A stretch of DNA of 63,842 bases from Amphiscolops sp. MND2022 (taxonomy: Eukaryota). How positions within the stretch are numbered: position 1 is the first letter of the stretch; each line of letters opens with the position of its first letter. Shown here one piece after another: positions 1-12,988 of the stretch. The position numbers and the translations under genes are program-made. The notes beneath the pieces were generated by a model that saw only the letters and a list, made by a program, of their open reading frames with translations, was not told where the DNA came from and did not search any database. Location: positions 87,670,159 through 87,734,000 of the forward strand of contig OZ076409.1 of NCBI GenBank assembly GCA_964187785.1. The letters run 5' to 3'.

Positions 1-1535
1 TATTGCTGTATTTGTTAATTGGCCGGTTAAGGCCACCTGACGAAATTCCACTCTCATCGATCACTGTTTTGGTCAAACGGCCGGTTCCGGCCGTGAAGCA
101 ATAATGAAAAGGAACTAACTTATTACATCTGTACTTCATTAGTAATAATACAATTGTTCTTTCATGTTGTTTAAATGTTCATTGTTGATAATATGAAGCT
201 TTGTTTGGTATTTGGCCGAGTAAGGCCCATTGAACTAATATATATTGTTTCAACTGGTACTCTGGTCAAATGGCCGATTGTGGCCATTTCATGCATATTA
301 GTGTTTTGTTGTTCAGTTAACCAGATATTAGCCCGGAACTAGCATAAGTTCATCTCCGAAGCAAATGAAGGTGCTTATGGTATTATATTATCTACGTGAT
401 CCAAGCATATGTAAAATAGACAAATAAGGCCGTTTTCCTTCACTTCCCTATTGTGCTGTCTGTACTTACGGATTTAAGCCTATTCCGGTTTCAACATGAA
501 ATGTATTTTCATGAATAGTAGATTGATACCACAGCCCTTATGTGCGGTTATACATTCCATTCTCAGTGTATTATATAATAAATCTTGTGTCGGCACGTGC
601 CTCCACCTCACTTTGCGTGAGGTATGTAAACAAAGGTATTTGTTGACACTTTGATATGCATGCCTTAATCGGCAGTTCGTTTGAAGCTACTATTTTGACT
701 ACATGACCCATAAATGCCATTCCTTAGATGTCCCCGAAGATATGTGAATATCAGGGTTTTCATCATGGAGCTAATGATCATATGATACTACTAACCTAAC
801 TAGTTATGTAAGGAATGTGATTGTCATTCCCTAAAAGGTATAAATAGTGTTATCCCGTTGGGGAAATCATTAATTCCTTTCATTTTGCTCTAGTTAAGTT
901 TAATCTACAAACGGCACCGCTGTTATTTCCGTATTGATCAATATATTGTTAATTCGGAACCGTTTCTATGCCTACTACTAGAAAACAGAAAAAGGCAAGA
1001 AAGTCAAGAGGACTTGAAATGTTGTCAGATATTGAGAACATAGACATTATGTTAGGTGGAAATCACTTCAATGACATGAGGAGAGACGAAAGTCTCGATG
1101 GAACGTCCATTAGAAGGCAGGAAAGTGTTACAAGCAATAACTTAGAAAATGAGGAAATGAATCTCCATTCTGATCATAGAAATCCCGAAACTGGGACTAG
1201 TGCCGGTTACGACCGAATCACAGCGGGTATAGATTCTCAAGCTGAGATCAACAAGTTGTCGAGTGAACTAAACTCTAGAATATCTAGGGAAATGGATGAG
1301 ATGATGAACAGCGTTAGTTCTCAAATCCAGAGGGCCATAAGTGATGCCATCAATAACCAAGTTTTGCCACAAATTCAAAACGTTATTATGGCCAGTTCAG
1401 GACAGGAGGCCAGAAAGGGATGGGAGAAGCCTGACGAGAGACCGGAATGTTATTCCGAAGTTCAGTACAACGCGAAAACTAGATCCACTCTTAATAATGA
1501 ACATGGTGACAAACCACATCGTAATGTTCATGACA
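1..1535 (+). mobile_element. Gypsy LTR (3' or solo LTR, left end outside window), related to elements A/D
   Basis: Ends ...GTTCATGACA at 1535, like the D LTR end, and is followed by ATTGA rather than the TGGTGACAGG PBS. Contains the same MPTTRKQKKARKSRGLE Gag start, a TATA box and GGCC-N6-GGCC motifs as the A LTR. Confidence 0.85.
839..846 (+). promoter_or_regulatory. LTR TATA box (TATAAATA)
   Basis: Lies about 130 nt upstream of the Gag ATG; an equivalent TATA occurs at similar spacing in the LTRs of A, B and D. Confidence 0.6.
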
Positions 1536-1540
1536 ATTGA
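968..1540 (+). CDS. gag: LTR-encoded N-terminal Gag fragment (190 aa), truncated at the LTR end
   Basis: Clear homology to the first ~197 aa of element A Gag (SSELNSRISREMDEMMNSVS); the stop lies just past the LTR end. Confidence 0.75.
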   Translation: MPTTRKQKKARKSRGLEMLSDIENIDIMLGGNHFNDMRRDESLDGTSIRRQESVTSNNLENEEMNLHSDHRNPETGTSAGYDRITAGIDSQAEINKLSSELNSRISREMDEMMNSVSSQIQRAISDAINNQVLPQIQNVIMASSGQEARKGWEKPDERPECYSEVQYNAKTRSTLNNEHGDKPHRNVHDN

Positions 1541-4500
1541 GCATAAAACGTGCCAAAAAAAGTGTGGATAAAGCGGTCAAAAATTGGGAAAACGTCAAAA
1601 GTCCCAAATTTGCTCAAAATCAGCTATTTGTAACTTTCTCAGTTTTTGTCCCAGAAAAATTTGCAAAGCACTAATGTAAACTAGCTGAAATTCTAAGAAA
1701 CTTTTATCTCTGATGTTTTTCAAATTTCTCAACCGATTTCGAGAAAATCGAGCCTAAAGTCGCCCAGGGACGTTTTTCTTAATCACAGTACTGTATCGGA
1801 CTGAATTAAGTATTATTTGCTTCGTATATTATAAACCGTTCTATATTTCCATCATTCTGTCATGAGAGCAAGTCACTTTGGAACCACAGCTTTAAAAGGA
1901 CTACTGCTTGACAATTCAGTTGAAAATAAGGTACCATAGTATGCTATTGGGAAATTCGAAAAGGGGCGACTTAGAGAAACGGAACTGCTCTTTCGGCTTC
2001 CACCACCCGGAATAGGAAAAACACACTTTTCTAATTCCTCGTTTCTCTCGCTTCAAAATCAACCAGTTTCCTTAGCAAATCCAGACGAACTTTCCGTTTT
2101 CGAGAATTTTTGTTCAAAAATTTGGCAGTTTCTTTTTTGCAAAAGTCCGACGTCATTTAGAAATGCGTACTGGTACCTACATGTTGCGATCCTGAGCCCA
2201 TCCATTTTCTAATTCAGGGAAACCTATCAAAATGTCTCAACAAAAATGGGAGTATGTAGTCGACAAACGAGAAATTTCGGAGTTTCTGTCTCTTTTGTTC
2301 TGAAAGCCGAATAGATTTATTTAATCTTCTTTCCCAAATAGCATTTTAAAAAGCCCATTGTTTGAACATTCATGTCAATGGAATTTCTATTCCATGAGAA
2401 ATTTTGTTCACTACGAGACTTCCCCATCCCTTTTCGCTTTGTAGACTTCAAAAAAATTTAAAGCCTCCAAATATCCTCCTTTCGATTTCTGTGATATTTT
2501 GTATGATTGTTAAAAATACCAAAGGGTCTCCCTTTCAAATTTTTTGGCTCTATGAAATTGTTCAAAATTCTCGTTTTGGTCTTATATTATATTTTCTGAT
2601 AGCCATCGACAATTTTTTTCAACACTATCCGGTTTTTTGAGACCTATGCGTCTTTTTTCTATTTTAATTCATTTCTTACTAGAAACCAAAGATTCTGCGA
2701 GCAGAGAAAAATCCGTAGGGTTTTCGGCACTATCCAATTTACAAGAGCAATTTGAAAAAATATTGAAAATTTTTTCCCTGTTTCTAGCTGCGGAAAAAAT
2801 GATTTTTGAGTCTTGTGCGTATCCATATGGGTATTTCTGGCACTGATAGATGGAAATTCAAAAACATTGTCCTTTTGCATCATTTAAAAGTTTTGCTTTT
2901 TCGATCTGTGAGCGACTTGGGCAGTTCCGGGCTTGTTTATGCCATTGTATGCTTCAAATTTGGCCAAAAATTGTAGGGAAAAACTGCATGCAAACGTCAA
3001 AAATTGTGAAAAACTTGAACGTTTCGAATCATTCTGAGGCGTGCTGGGAACCTCTAGTTATATCCTTTGGAGTTTTTGGAGCTATTATCTCACCAACGTC
3101 TCAAACTTCAAAAGAAATATATCTAAAAAAATGACAAACTGGAAAATTTTGATGTTTTCCACAACTTCGGGGTTAATTAGTGGCTCTTTTTCTTCAAAAA
3201 CTGCTATTCTTTTCCAAAAGCCCAGTTTATAACGCATTAGTTGGTCGTTTAAAATCTTTTTTATTCAGAAACAAAACTTTTTTTGTCACTTTCACAAAAT
3301 TTGTAAAATGAAAATGTCAAAATAAGGAAAATTTTGGACTTCGATCGTTTTATGTCGATCTGTGTAATGTTCTATCCAAAAAACTTTCAGTTTTCCTATC
3401 GAAGACGTACTGCCTGGCTAGTTGTTTCATCTGGAGCTCTTAAAACCCCCTACTCACAAAATTTTATCAAAGTTGCACAAAGAATCCAACAAATTGTCAA
3501 ATTTGATAATTTCTACTTGTTGTGGGGTCAATTTTTGACATAAGTCTGCTGATATCTCTGCAAAAAAGCTTAGTGGATAATATTTGCAATCATTCTTGAA
3601 CGGTTTCAACATTCTAACCACGAAACGTTTCATAGGTTCCTCAAAAATTACAATAAAAACGTACAAAAACTAAATTTCCCAATTTTTGTGTCATTTGGAG
3701 TCGTTCTGAAGTGATTTTGAAGCGAAACACTGCAACTTTTCCTTCGAAAAGGCGTACTGCATAGCCAGTTGCTTCGTCTTTGAACGTTTTGAATCCTCTA
3801 ACCCATGAAACACAACGGAAATTGTAGACAAATTGTATGCAAAACAACAAAAACTGGAAGTTTTTGTTTTTTTTTTCTAGTTTTTTGTCAATTTGAGCCA
3901 GTTTTATATGAAACAAATGCATACACTGGCCTATTGGTTAACGAACGTTTTCCTTGGTGAACGTTTCCATTGTTTAAATCCAAGAAGTTCATCCAAAATT
4001 TGAGAAATATTGCATAGGAACGTTAAAAGTTGGAAAATTTTGCAGATTTTGTCATTTTGAGGTCGTTTTGGGGTCATTCTCGGGCCATTTCGGTCACACC
4101 CATAACTGTCTAAAAATCTCAACAAATACATATCGAATGAAACTAAATTTATTTTTATTGAATTCTATGGGTGAAACCCTTCAATTTGGATATAAATTTG
4201 GGAATTGTCAAATATTGGAAAAACGCGAAAAATAAGACTCTATCTTCGTTGGTGATTTTTTTGTTTAATGAAGAGAAGCCATTTTGCCACAGTCGTTTTC
4301 CCGAATCGGTTGGCTTGTTCATTTATCACATTACAACAATAACCAATTTTTTACTGATTTGTTTCGTTGTCAATGGTGTGATGGGCAATTACATGGTCCA
4401 CGCAAGGTTTCTGTTACTTTAGTTTATTTCAAAAATTGTTGCCTAAGATTGCAATATTCGTTCTGTTGGGGTCAACGAGCTGCCAGAACTTGAAAAGTAG

Positions 4501-5079
4501 GTGACTCGCACTTTTGGTTTCTCGTTGGAGAAAGATGAATAGAACTTGGAAGTCGGGGAAAAGGTTCACTTGGTTTCAGGGTGTAAAAAGGTGTCTGGGT
4601 CAAGTCAAGTGTATCTGACAGGTTTATGAAAAGTAAAAAATGAAAAGGGGGACCTTTTGCAATAACTCAGATGCGTTTCCCAGGTATTCGTTTAGTTGAG
4701 CAACCTGAACAAAAATTAAAGAAAAACAAAAAGTCTCGAAGTCTAGAACAAAAAACCCTAAAACGAAAAGTCTGTTTTTTTTTCAAAAGAAAAACAAAAA
4801 GAAAACAAACGAGTGACTGTAATAGTCGGGCTCTTTTTTTAAATCTAAAAGCGCCGACTAAAACCAAGGTCTCGCCAGCGTCACACCAGGTCTGTACGAC
4901 TCAGGAGTGAAACTTCTCCATCAAAGATTTGATTTCATCACAGTTACATCGTTACCAAGTAGCAACACTAGACGAAGGAAAACACATGAATTCAGGATTC
5001 AAACCATCACAGTTGCTCTGACGCTTAGCTGGCTGTCGTGTTTCATTTTTCATGTTCTTTCATTGCTTATCATATAAAA

Positions 5080-5502
5080 CTAGTTTTTGTTTTCTCCTCT
5101 CATGATGTTACGACATGCTATCGGGTCGTTTTGAGTTGAACTTATTCTCACTGATTTTGTAGGAGTATAGAAACTTCTAGTTTCCTCCTCTACCTCTTCT
5201 TCGGTATTTTCTCTAATGATCCCTCTTGTTTCAGGTTTAAGGAGTTTCAACATCTCCTTCTGGGATTCAATAAGAAGATTCTTAATCTCTGACGTTATTT
5301 CCTCCTTTAAGGAAGCCCTCAAGCTTTCAAAGAGACTATTCTCAATCCGGGGGGATTTTGGTTTAGAAGGCCCCGCTACCTCATCGTCCTGATTCAAAGA
5401 ACAAGGATTTCCTACTACTATGGGTGAAATCAAGCCTTCACTTACGTTCTCACTGGAGCTTTGCTGATCGTTCCTTCTTTTTTGGCTTCTTGTTGTTGAC
5501 AT
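5080..5502 (-). CDS. gag: LTR-encoded Gag N-terminal fragment in B 3' LTR (MSTTRSQKRR...)
   Basis: Copy of the Gag N-terminus with the frame intact here; TATA (minus strand TATAAATA) near 5648-5655. Confidence 0.65.
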   Translation of the reverse strand: MSTTRSQKRRNDQQSSSENVSEGLISPIVVGNPCSLNQDDEVAGPSKPKSPRIENSLFESLRASLKEEITSEIKNLLIESQKEMLKLLKPETRGIIRENTEEEVEEETRSFYTPTKSVRISSTQNDPIACRNIMRGENKN

Positions 5503-7585
5503 TTTGTAGAAAAGTTTGAACTTGAAGAATTGAATTTCTTTCAAAGATTTTTCTGACAAAGTAGAACAAGGCGGGAGTGAAATTGAAAATTCAACTGAAT
5601 TGTACAATTGCAAAAGACTGAGTCCCTTAACCATCAAATCCTATCATATTTATACCCTCCCAGCATCATTTGATCACGACCATAATCCCTAATTTCCTTC
5701 GAACAATTAGTCATTTCCTGTTTTATCGATGAAAAAATCACGAAGTTCCCAAATTTGCGCTGACATTTCGTCGATTTTTAAGACACGGCAACTTTAAAAT
5801 AGTATTAGTCATCAAACATGATCATATCATTTCATCCCGGCGTCCTTTTGCTTCCTCCCAAGTAGGAAGTAGATATTACTTCAGTCTGTCAAACCGGAAA
5901 TGCTTCCCTGTTTTACTGCTTTGGTTCGCGGGAAATTGACGCTGAGATGACGCTGACGTGAACAACAAATACTTGATTTTGAATTTCGCTTTGATAAAAA
6001 TGCTATGACTAATTCCAAAATAGGAATATTTGAACGATGCTAGGACGATATTTTATGAATTTGGATTCAATCTTTTGCTAGAGATGGGAATGAAATCATG
6101 ATATGAAAATAATACTTTGTTAGCAACTTTGTCATGTCGTGTCAAACACGACAAAATTTACAAAATTAACAACAACGTTTGTTAAATAACAACACCAACA
6201 CAACGTAAATAACTAGACAGCAACGGATGTACTAATATAGAAAAACATGATCACACTCACAAGTACAGCGTTCAATGTTGTAGAGTACAAAAACGCAAAA
6301 TATATGAAAATACATTTCTGGTACACAATATGCTTTTTAGTTGGAGAGAATAAACTGTGACTTCCTCATTAATCTACTGCGAAATCTTGTAATAAGATGA
6401 TTTATGCACGTAAATTTCTTTATTGTTAAGGATACATGATCGTTACTTAACGTGAGGTTGAAATTAACCTACATGTGTCAATACTCATTCTAAATTGGGG
6501 CCTTAAACCATGGAAAATCAACAATACATTCGTTATACAATTTGCAACAGTCTGCAATTTTCTCTCTTTAGGAAATAACGGCATTTGCGCGATGAAAACT
6601 TGACTAAATTCGGCAAATTCGTTCACTTTATTCAATTTCATAAACTTGTCAACGTCATGTTGACGAGTTTTCTTGGCAGAATTTAAGCTTCATAAACTTG
6701 TCAACGTCATGTTGACGAGTTTTCTTGGCAGAATAGAGATTTTGACTAGTTTGACGCAATGCTGACGAGTATTTTAGAAATGAATCTCTCGCTAGCTGCC
6801 GGAGCAGTGACGTCACAGTGGCGGTAAATTGGAATGATTTCTAGCAATGCTATTAGTATAGGCGGATAATTGGAATGATTTTCTGGTATGCATATGCGAG
6901 GCAGTGACGTCAATTGGTATGCCTTCAAACTTGTCTGCGTCCTACTAACGACAAATATACATGTATTCTTGTTTCTTTTGCCGCTTTGTTTACTCAGCGC
7001 AGTATTGACGTCCTAAATCACTTTAATTGCTGTTCAAAGAGTAATTAAGCTGTCTTTCTAAGAAAAGGCTTAATCACCACGGTGTGTTGTCTCACTGTAA
7101 TTTCCTGTTTCAGGTCCGAATGAAATGTATTTTCTCGGGATTAGTTTTGATGTATTTTCATTTAGATTAGCTTATGGTCTCTTTATTCTTGGGATAGTTT
7201 TATTCTAATTTTCAGGTTGTGAATGTTTCATTTGTCGTGGCTGGCTCGTCCAGCCAAACATGCGTGAAATCATTTTTGGATTATTTTGCTTCCTTATTTC
7301 ATTTCCGCTCAAATTTGCGCGCGGTAAATGTGTATTTTACATTTCCGGTACTATTTTATTCAATTTTGCGAGAGCATGAAAAATCTAGAACGCGTTCAAT
7401 AGTTTTATTTGGAATTTTTGCTAGGCAAAAGTATTATTGCATTTCAAGTCACAGTTTATTTAAATTTAGTTAGAGTTCGAGTTAATAGCCAAAATACCTC
7501 TTCGTGAGTCTTGCGGTGCACCCATGTCCACGCCCAAAGCCAACTCTCCTGCATCCGCAATCCAGTCCGGGAGCGGACTGTGACA
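5106..7585 (-). repeat. Element B 3' LTR (2480 bp)
   Basis: Near-identical to 18961-20765 plus 25930-26603; termini TGTCAC...GTAACA on the minus strand. Confidence 0.95.
6637..6734. repeat. 46-bp direct duplication containing the palindrome GTCAACGTCATGTTGAC
   Basis: 6637-6682 and 6689-6734 are identical; the duplication is also present in the 5' LTR copy. Confidence 0.9.
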
Positions 7586-8213
7586 GGGCCACTGTCATGG
7601 GACGAACGGCTTTACCGGGTTGATAGAAGTCGAACGCCTGGCGCAGGTGATTTTCGTGAGTGTAGTTTTCCTTGGCTTTGTCTAGCGTTAATTTCGGCTC
7701 CTCCAGATCGTTTAGAGGACTACTTGTCAGCTGATTTATTCTTCTCAGTGGACCAGGGGGCGTGACAAAGTATGAAGAGGCGTCTTCTTGATTCACCTTC
7801 TCCAGATATTCGGCTACTTTGCTACTTGTTACTGATTCGGTTTGTACAGCTGGGGCTTCTACTATGAATATGTCCGAGGTCAAGCTTTCATCAGGGCTTT
7901 CCGGGGAGTCAGCAATAACTTCTTCGGTCAACTCAGAGTGGGGGTATTGTCCCGATTCTACAGTTTCAAAACTAGAGAACGACTCACTCAGCTTCATTTT
8001 CTTGCATTCTGTTTCTAGTGAGTTTACCGATAGGTCGAGGCATTCTTCTTCGTCTGCGGTCGCCTCTGCTGATGAGTTCAGAATTTCGATGACCAACCCC
8101 GGGTAGGCCCTGCTGTCTCTAGGTATTGGGGTGGACGATCTTGTTATTTCGCCCTCCTCCTCGCTTGATGACGAGATGTCGATTAGTTCGTAGATGTCTA
8201 ACAAGTTGTTCAT
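7482..8213 (-). CDS. Element B extra sense ORF (ORF3), 243 aa acidic/Ser-rich protein, last 104 nt inside the 3' LTR
   Basis: Open ATG-to-stop frame; same position and LTR overlap phase as the A and D ORF3; N-terminal LIDISSSSEEE. Confidence 0.7.
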   Translation of the reverse strand: MNNLLDIYELIDISSSSEEEGEITRSSTPIPRDSRAYPGLVIEILNSSAEATADEEECLDLSVNSLETECKKMKLSESFSSFETVESGQYPHSELTEEVIADSPESPDESLTSDIFIVEAPAVQTESVTSSKVAEYLEKVNQEDASSYFVTPPGPLRRINQLTSSPLNDLEEPKLTLDKAKENYTHENHLRQAFDFYQPGKAVRPMTVALSQSAPGLDCGCRRVGFGRGHGCTARLTKRYFGY

Positions 8214-8671
8214 TCTGTGACGAAATTTCTTGGCTGCTGTTTTTCGAGTTTGATTGTTTCACAATGAATTTTCCCGGATAATTAGGATTGCTGAGAATGT
8301 TGGGATAAATCCCTTCATTCTGATTGGTTAATCAATCTTTTTAATCCTTTCGATCCGCAGTTGTTGACGTTATGTCGACAACTCTTTTTATTGGCCAAGA
8401 AATTGAAATAATTCCTTTAGCCAAACTTGTCAACGTTATGCTGACGTCATTTTCGCTAGCTTAGCTAACTTTTGTAATTTGTCACCGTTTTGATGACGTC
8501 ATTTTAGGATATAGGATTAATTTCTTAACCCTGATAACCTTTTTGTCGACGTTATGTCGACGTCAATTTCGTTGGTAATTAGCCAACTTTCATTTTTGTC
8601 ACCGTTATGGTGATGTCAGTTTTGATTGTTGTTTTCATATCTTCTCTTTTCCAGATTTCTGCTATTTTGAG

Positions 8672-11600
8672 ATGGATCAGGAGCCTCCTCCGTCCCGTCG
8701 TGACACCGGCGCTCAGAGCGGCAATGAAACTCAATTCGTGTTCTCTGAGGGAGACATCTACCAGAGTGATGGCGATATTATTCGTCGGCAGGCAACAGGT
8801 GAGCTTATTCTTCCCCGGACCATTAAGCTTTTATGAATAATACTACTCTCAGATAGGCCTTTTCTGTTTCGTATTTTCACAGCTTAGATTTTCTGACGCG
8901 TCAATACGGGAATGTTATTTCAGTTTCTGGCCCAAATATTCCGTCCCCTGCTGGTGGTGTTCTCGCCACTACTCCGGAAATTTCTCTCCCAGGTGGTCCT
9001 TCTCGGGTTTCTGTTGGTGGAGTTGATTCTGCCATTAGTGACTCTGTTGTTTGTCATTCTGACGAATTGGACATGACTTTGGGAGCTCTTGCACAGCAGA
9101 TTCGTTCTTCCGTGGCTTCAGAGACTCGCGGAGGTGAGATTCTGTCCCCCCCTACAAGGAAGTAGCAAGCAGGTAGAAACGACGCCAGGAGATGATGTTA
9201 CTGCAAAGACGTCTTCTCCACGGTTCAGTGATTTCTTGCCTGGTTTCAGTCAGTCATTCGGCAATCGAATCAGTTCTCCTGCTTCCAAACGTGGTGAGTG
9301 AGTTGACTGTTGGTTTTAATTGTTTATTTATGTAAGTTAGTTTCCCATAGTCGGTTTGATTGTGCTGCCTAATATTGCTTGCTATTGTGTATTAGCTTTA
9401 CTGGCCGCTTCCGACAAAGAAAAGTCACTTGGGCAGTGTGGAAAGTTGCTGCAACTTCGTCCGGGCACGTCAGAAAGCAGTGGTAGACATGTTCAGTTCG
9501 ATGTGCGCAGCAGTGGAGATGAAGAAGTCGCTGAACCTTCTACCAGTAAAACTCTATCACTGATTCCGGGGCGGCGACCGGTTGTCGAGTCAGACGCTGA
9601 GAGACATGCCATGGATCCATTTGTAGCTAGTAAGTATGGTTTGATGGTTATTCATACCGCATTGTTTCTCTTCCTTTGTGGTAAGATCGTTTCCTCCTCC
9701 TTTTGTTTGTTTTCCTTTCTCCCTTTTTGTTAGTAATTGTTCTCTATTTGGAGGTGCTATGTTGTAGTGTCTATTTGTTTTTGTCTTGTATTGAAATTGC
9801 GTTTTGTCCTTTATAGAATTCGAAGAGTTGATACAGAGAATGGAGTCGACTTTGGAGGGGGCCACTCGAGGGCGAAAACGAGCCTACAGTCCTCGTAATC
9901 GATTGCGACGCGACATGGTTTCGGGGCACCCCGTGTTTGAGCTCTTCGTCAGTGGGTCAAGTACTGGATCTGATAAGTTGTTCCACTGTATGATCTGTCA
10001 GCGAGACGTATCGATGGAGTCAAGAGGCCCTGCCGAATTTGCTCGCCACTTCTTCGGTAAACGGCACTGGGTTTTGGACGTGACTTATCGTGTGCAGAAC
10101 GACATGCCAGTTTTCAACAGATTGATGGACCCAATGGTGTTGACTGAGGCTCAACTGTCAGAGTATCGTGATCGGCCTCGCAAAGGAAAAAGTGAGGGGT
10201 TCAGCTTCCCGGAAGATCTGTTGCCAGCATGCACTCAAGCTAATTCGAGTGTCCCGTTGATGACGATGATCAATTGTCTGGTTGAGTTGCTGCGGTCGGG
10301 TGGGAGTTATACTCTCTTACGACGTCTTTGGGGGAGTTTCCGAGCGACTTTGGGCCGAGAGAATCCCCTGTACAGTTTGAATTGGAGCCTTGCTGAATCC
10401 TTGGTGAGTCTTAATTTTGCTGTTCTATTTTCCGCTTTCAATTTGTATATGGTTGTTTTGTGTTGGTGTCTGCTAGAAGTCATAGGGAGTAACTTTCGGC
10501 ATTTTTGGGATGCAAATTTTGGTTTGTGTTTTAGTCGATAATTTGCCGTGCGCTTTTCCCTCGGGCATTGCGTTTGCTCATCTCGCGGATTTCTGCATTT
10601 CGTGAGTACAGTGTGTTCTTTGTGGAGGATGAGAAAACTCATAAGTGTTTCGTACAGACGTGGGACGAGCACTGTTGGATGAGTGTCTGTGTCTGGGTGG
10701 AGCCCTCTGGACAACATGCGCCTAAAGCAGAATTGGCTGGTCTGTCTCGTATCGTTGACAGCACGACTTCTTGTCAGCTGCCTCTTGCTTGTCCTGGGGG
10801 CAGTCCTACGCTCTTACGTGTCTTGAGTGATAGTCGAGTGGACAGTCGTAGCTTTGTCGTGTTCCGGGATTTCAACGAGGATGTCTTCTTGCATTGTTTC
10901 CGCCTGGCTTATCAGGAGGTGTTTGGTGGTTTGGAAGTGACCACCATGATTGATTTCCTGGTTTTGCGTTTGCGTGGTGCCCTACAAGAATCGTGGTTCG
11001 ACGATTTGCCAGTACTGCGCCGGAGCGTGATTGCTGGACGAGTGGTCTTTTCTGACCTATGTGATGTCGTGAAGGATTTGCTCTCTGTGTGGACTTTAGT
11101 GCGGAAATTCATCAGGGATAGTGCACCTCGTCATATCAAAACTGAAGCTGGCCGGGTACGTTATGTCCTAGTATTCGTAGTAGCAATGTATTTGGCTATT
11201 TAGTTGTTTTTCTTGTGTTGATTGTGTTCTTCTCTCTTTTCTCTTCTCGTTTGGTGTTGGTAACTTTAGTGGGAATATTTGATTTTTTACAGATGCGAGG
11301 CACTGACTGGACTGTGTACTCTGATGGTGTGGGTGAGCTACGATTGGGTCTTCTTCTACACATCCTGGAGCTTTCTAAGTTGTTGTGCTTTCGCTATGTT
11401 ATTGGCTGGGTTCTGACGGGTTGGGATTTTGGGTATGTTGACTTCATACATATGGTGGAAATATTTTGTGTTTAGATCGTTGTTCCTTCAAGAAGATGCT
11501 GTCCGGACGCATGGATTACTGTTTCCATTTTTACATGGAAGTGTGCCAATTTGTCTACTGCCTGTTGTCGCGTTCCCGGAAAATCAGTTCTCTCCCAGGC

Positions 11601-12730
11601 TTGCACAATTGGGAGGAGTATATGGATGCGGAGAAGGTGGACGAGTTCGAATCTTTTCTCCTGACGATTTCCTGCGAAACCATTCCTTCGGGTCGACTTT
11701 ACATGGTCGTAATGACGGGAGTGGGCGAACTTTCCGCGAGCAGTGTCGAAAGTTCATGGACCGACTGGTGGACGCTATTCTGGGTCAACAACCTGTGACT
11801 GGGGAGTTTTCTCAAGGACTTTATGCATTTTGTCCAGAGTTATTGTTAGAAGGAGATGACCATCACATGTTGGGTCTGTTTAGCAAGTTGGTTCGGGTCC
11901 TGGAGTCAAGTGGTTGTTTGTCACCTTCCGAGTCGAGGACGGCTGTCGAGGAGTATTCAACCTTTGTTGTGGATGCGCGGAGGCGGCATGAGGATTGTGG
12001 GGCCAGTGCAGAGGACGTTGTTGATGTTCAGCAATACCTGTTATCAGACTACAGTTTCTTGTCCCGCAAGAGTTTAGTTCGCGTCTTCAAATTATGTTGT
12101 TTGGTAGCGCTGAAACCTCGTGTTGATTACCCTTCTGTGGATTTTGGTCTGACAAGCTGTCAAGTGTCCGAGTGGGTGATAGCTTCCTGTATTAGTGGTG
12201 TGCAAAGTTGTGTTTCTGCTTCTGATTTTAAACTGAGTTCGTTTTTTACCAATTTTACAATGAAAGAAGTTCGTGATGCAATTGATGCTTCGCAGTCTTT
12301 TATGTCGAACGCTGGCTACGATCCCTGGGCTGATATTTGCAGTGAAGGTCAGGCTGCTTTTGTGAAGCGTTATGCTGATCTTTTTAAAACTCGGGTCGAC
12401 CGGAAAAGGGGTGAGGTTTCACAACAGACCTGCTCTCCTGATGCCTTGAATCCAGCTTTGCTTTCTGGTGGCGATGACGATGTATCTTCAGCAGTATTGT
12501 CGGATAGTGTTGTGTCAGCTGCGTCTCTCCCTCCTATGCCTAGTTCAAGTGATACCAGTTCAATTAGACGGAGTAAGACGCGTGTTCACAGTAGCCTGGC
12601 GTCTTTACTTGGGCGAAAGAAAGATGCTTCTCGTGGTGGTTTCGAAGTCATACCGGAGCCTGTGAACGTGGTCAAGAAGAAGTCCAAAAAGTCTGCCAGT
12701 AAAGGTGGTGAATCTAGCTCGAAGAAATAG
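8672..12730 (+). pseudogene. Element B antisense spliced gene (BED-like finger, hAT-like), lesioned; exons 8672-8798, 8924-9293, 9396-9629, 9817-10403, 10535-11155, 11293-11374, 11476-12730
   Basis: GT-AG introns with matching phases; CMIC...RHFFGKRH finger; homology to the A/D antisense protein (FKLCCL, YDPW). Lesions: C-run frameshift ~9150, donor CTAAGT at 11375, frameshift ~11600-11730. Confidence 0.8.
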
Positions 12731-12988
12731 TGACTTTTACTTTAAGACAGTTTCTATGTTTATTGTAGTACTCTTGCTTTGTTGTGACGTTGTAATGTAG
12801 ATTGTATTAATTGTTGCTTTCTTTTGTATCTTTGTATTATGCTGGCGTGGATGATATTCCAAATGTTGTAGTTGGAAAGAAAAAGATAGAGAAAAAAAGA
12901 GAAAAAAATATTCGTTTAGGCCGTAGTATGCCTACAATTGAAAATCGTCAGACCGGTTCGGTTTGGACTACTGATACTGTCTTTTCAT

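Noticed and set aside
1501..1512. ACATGGTGACAA as an LTR/PBS junction
   Set aside because: Homology to the D LTR continues to 1535 and no internal gag follows; coincidental match.
1536..5100. Short ORFs and a possible Tc1-like end (CAGTACTG then TA at 1786-1795)
   Set aside because: AT-rich low-complexity DNA with no domain motifs and no matching second terminus found; likely decayed repeats.
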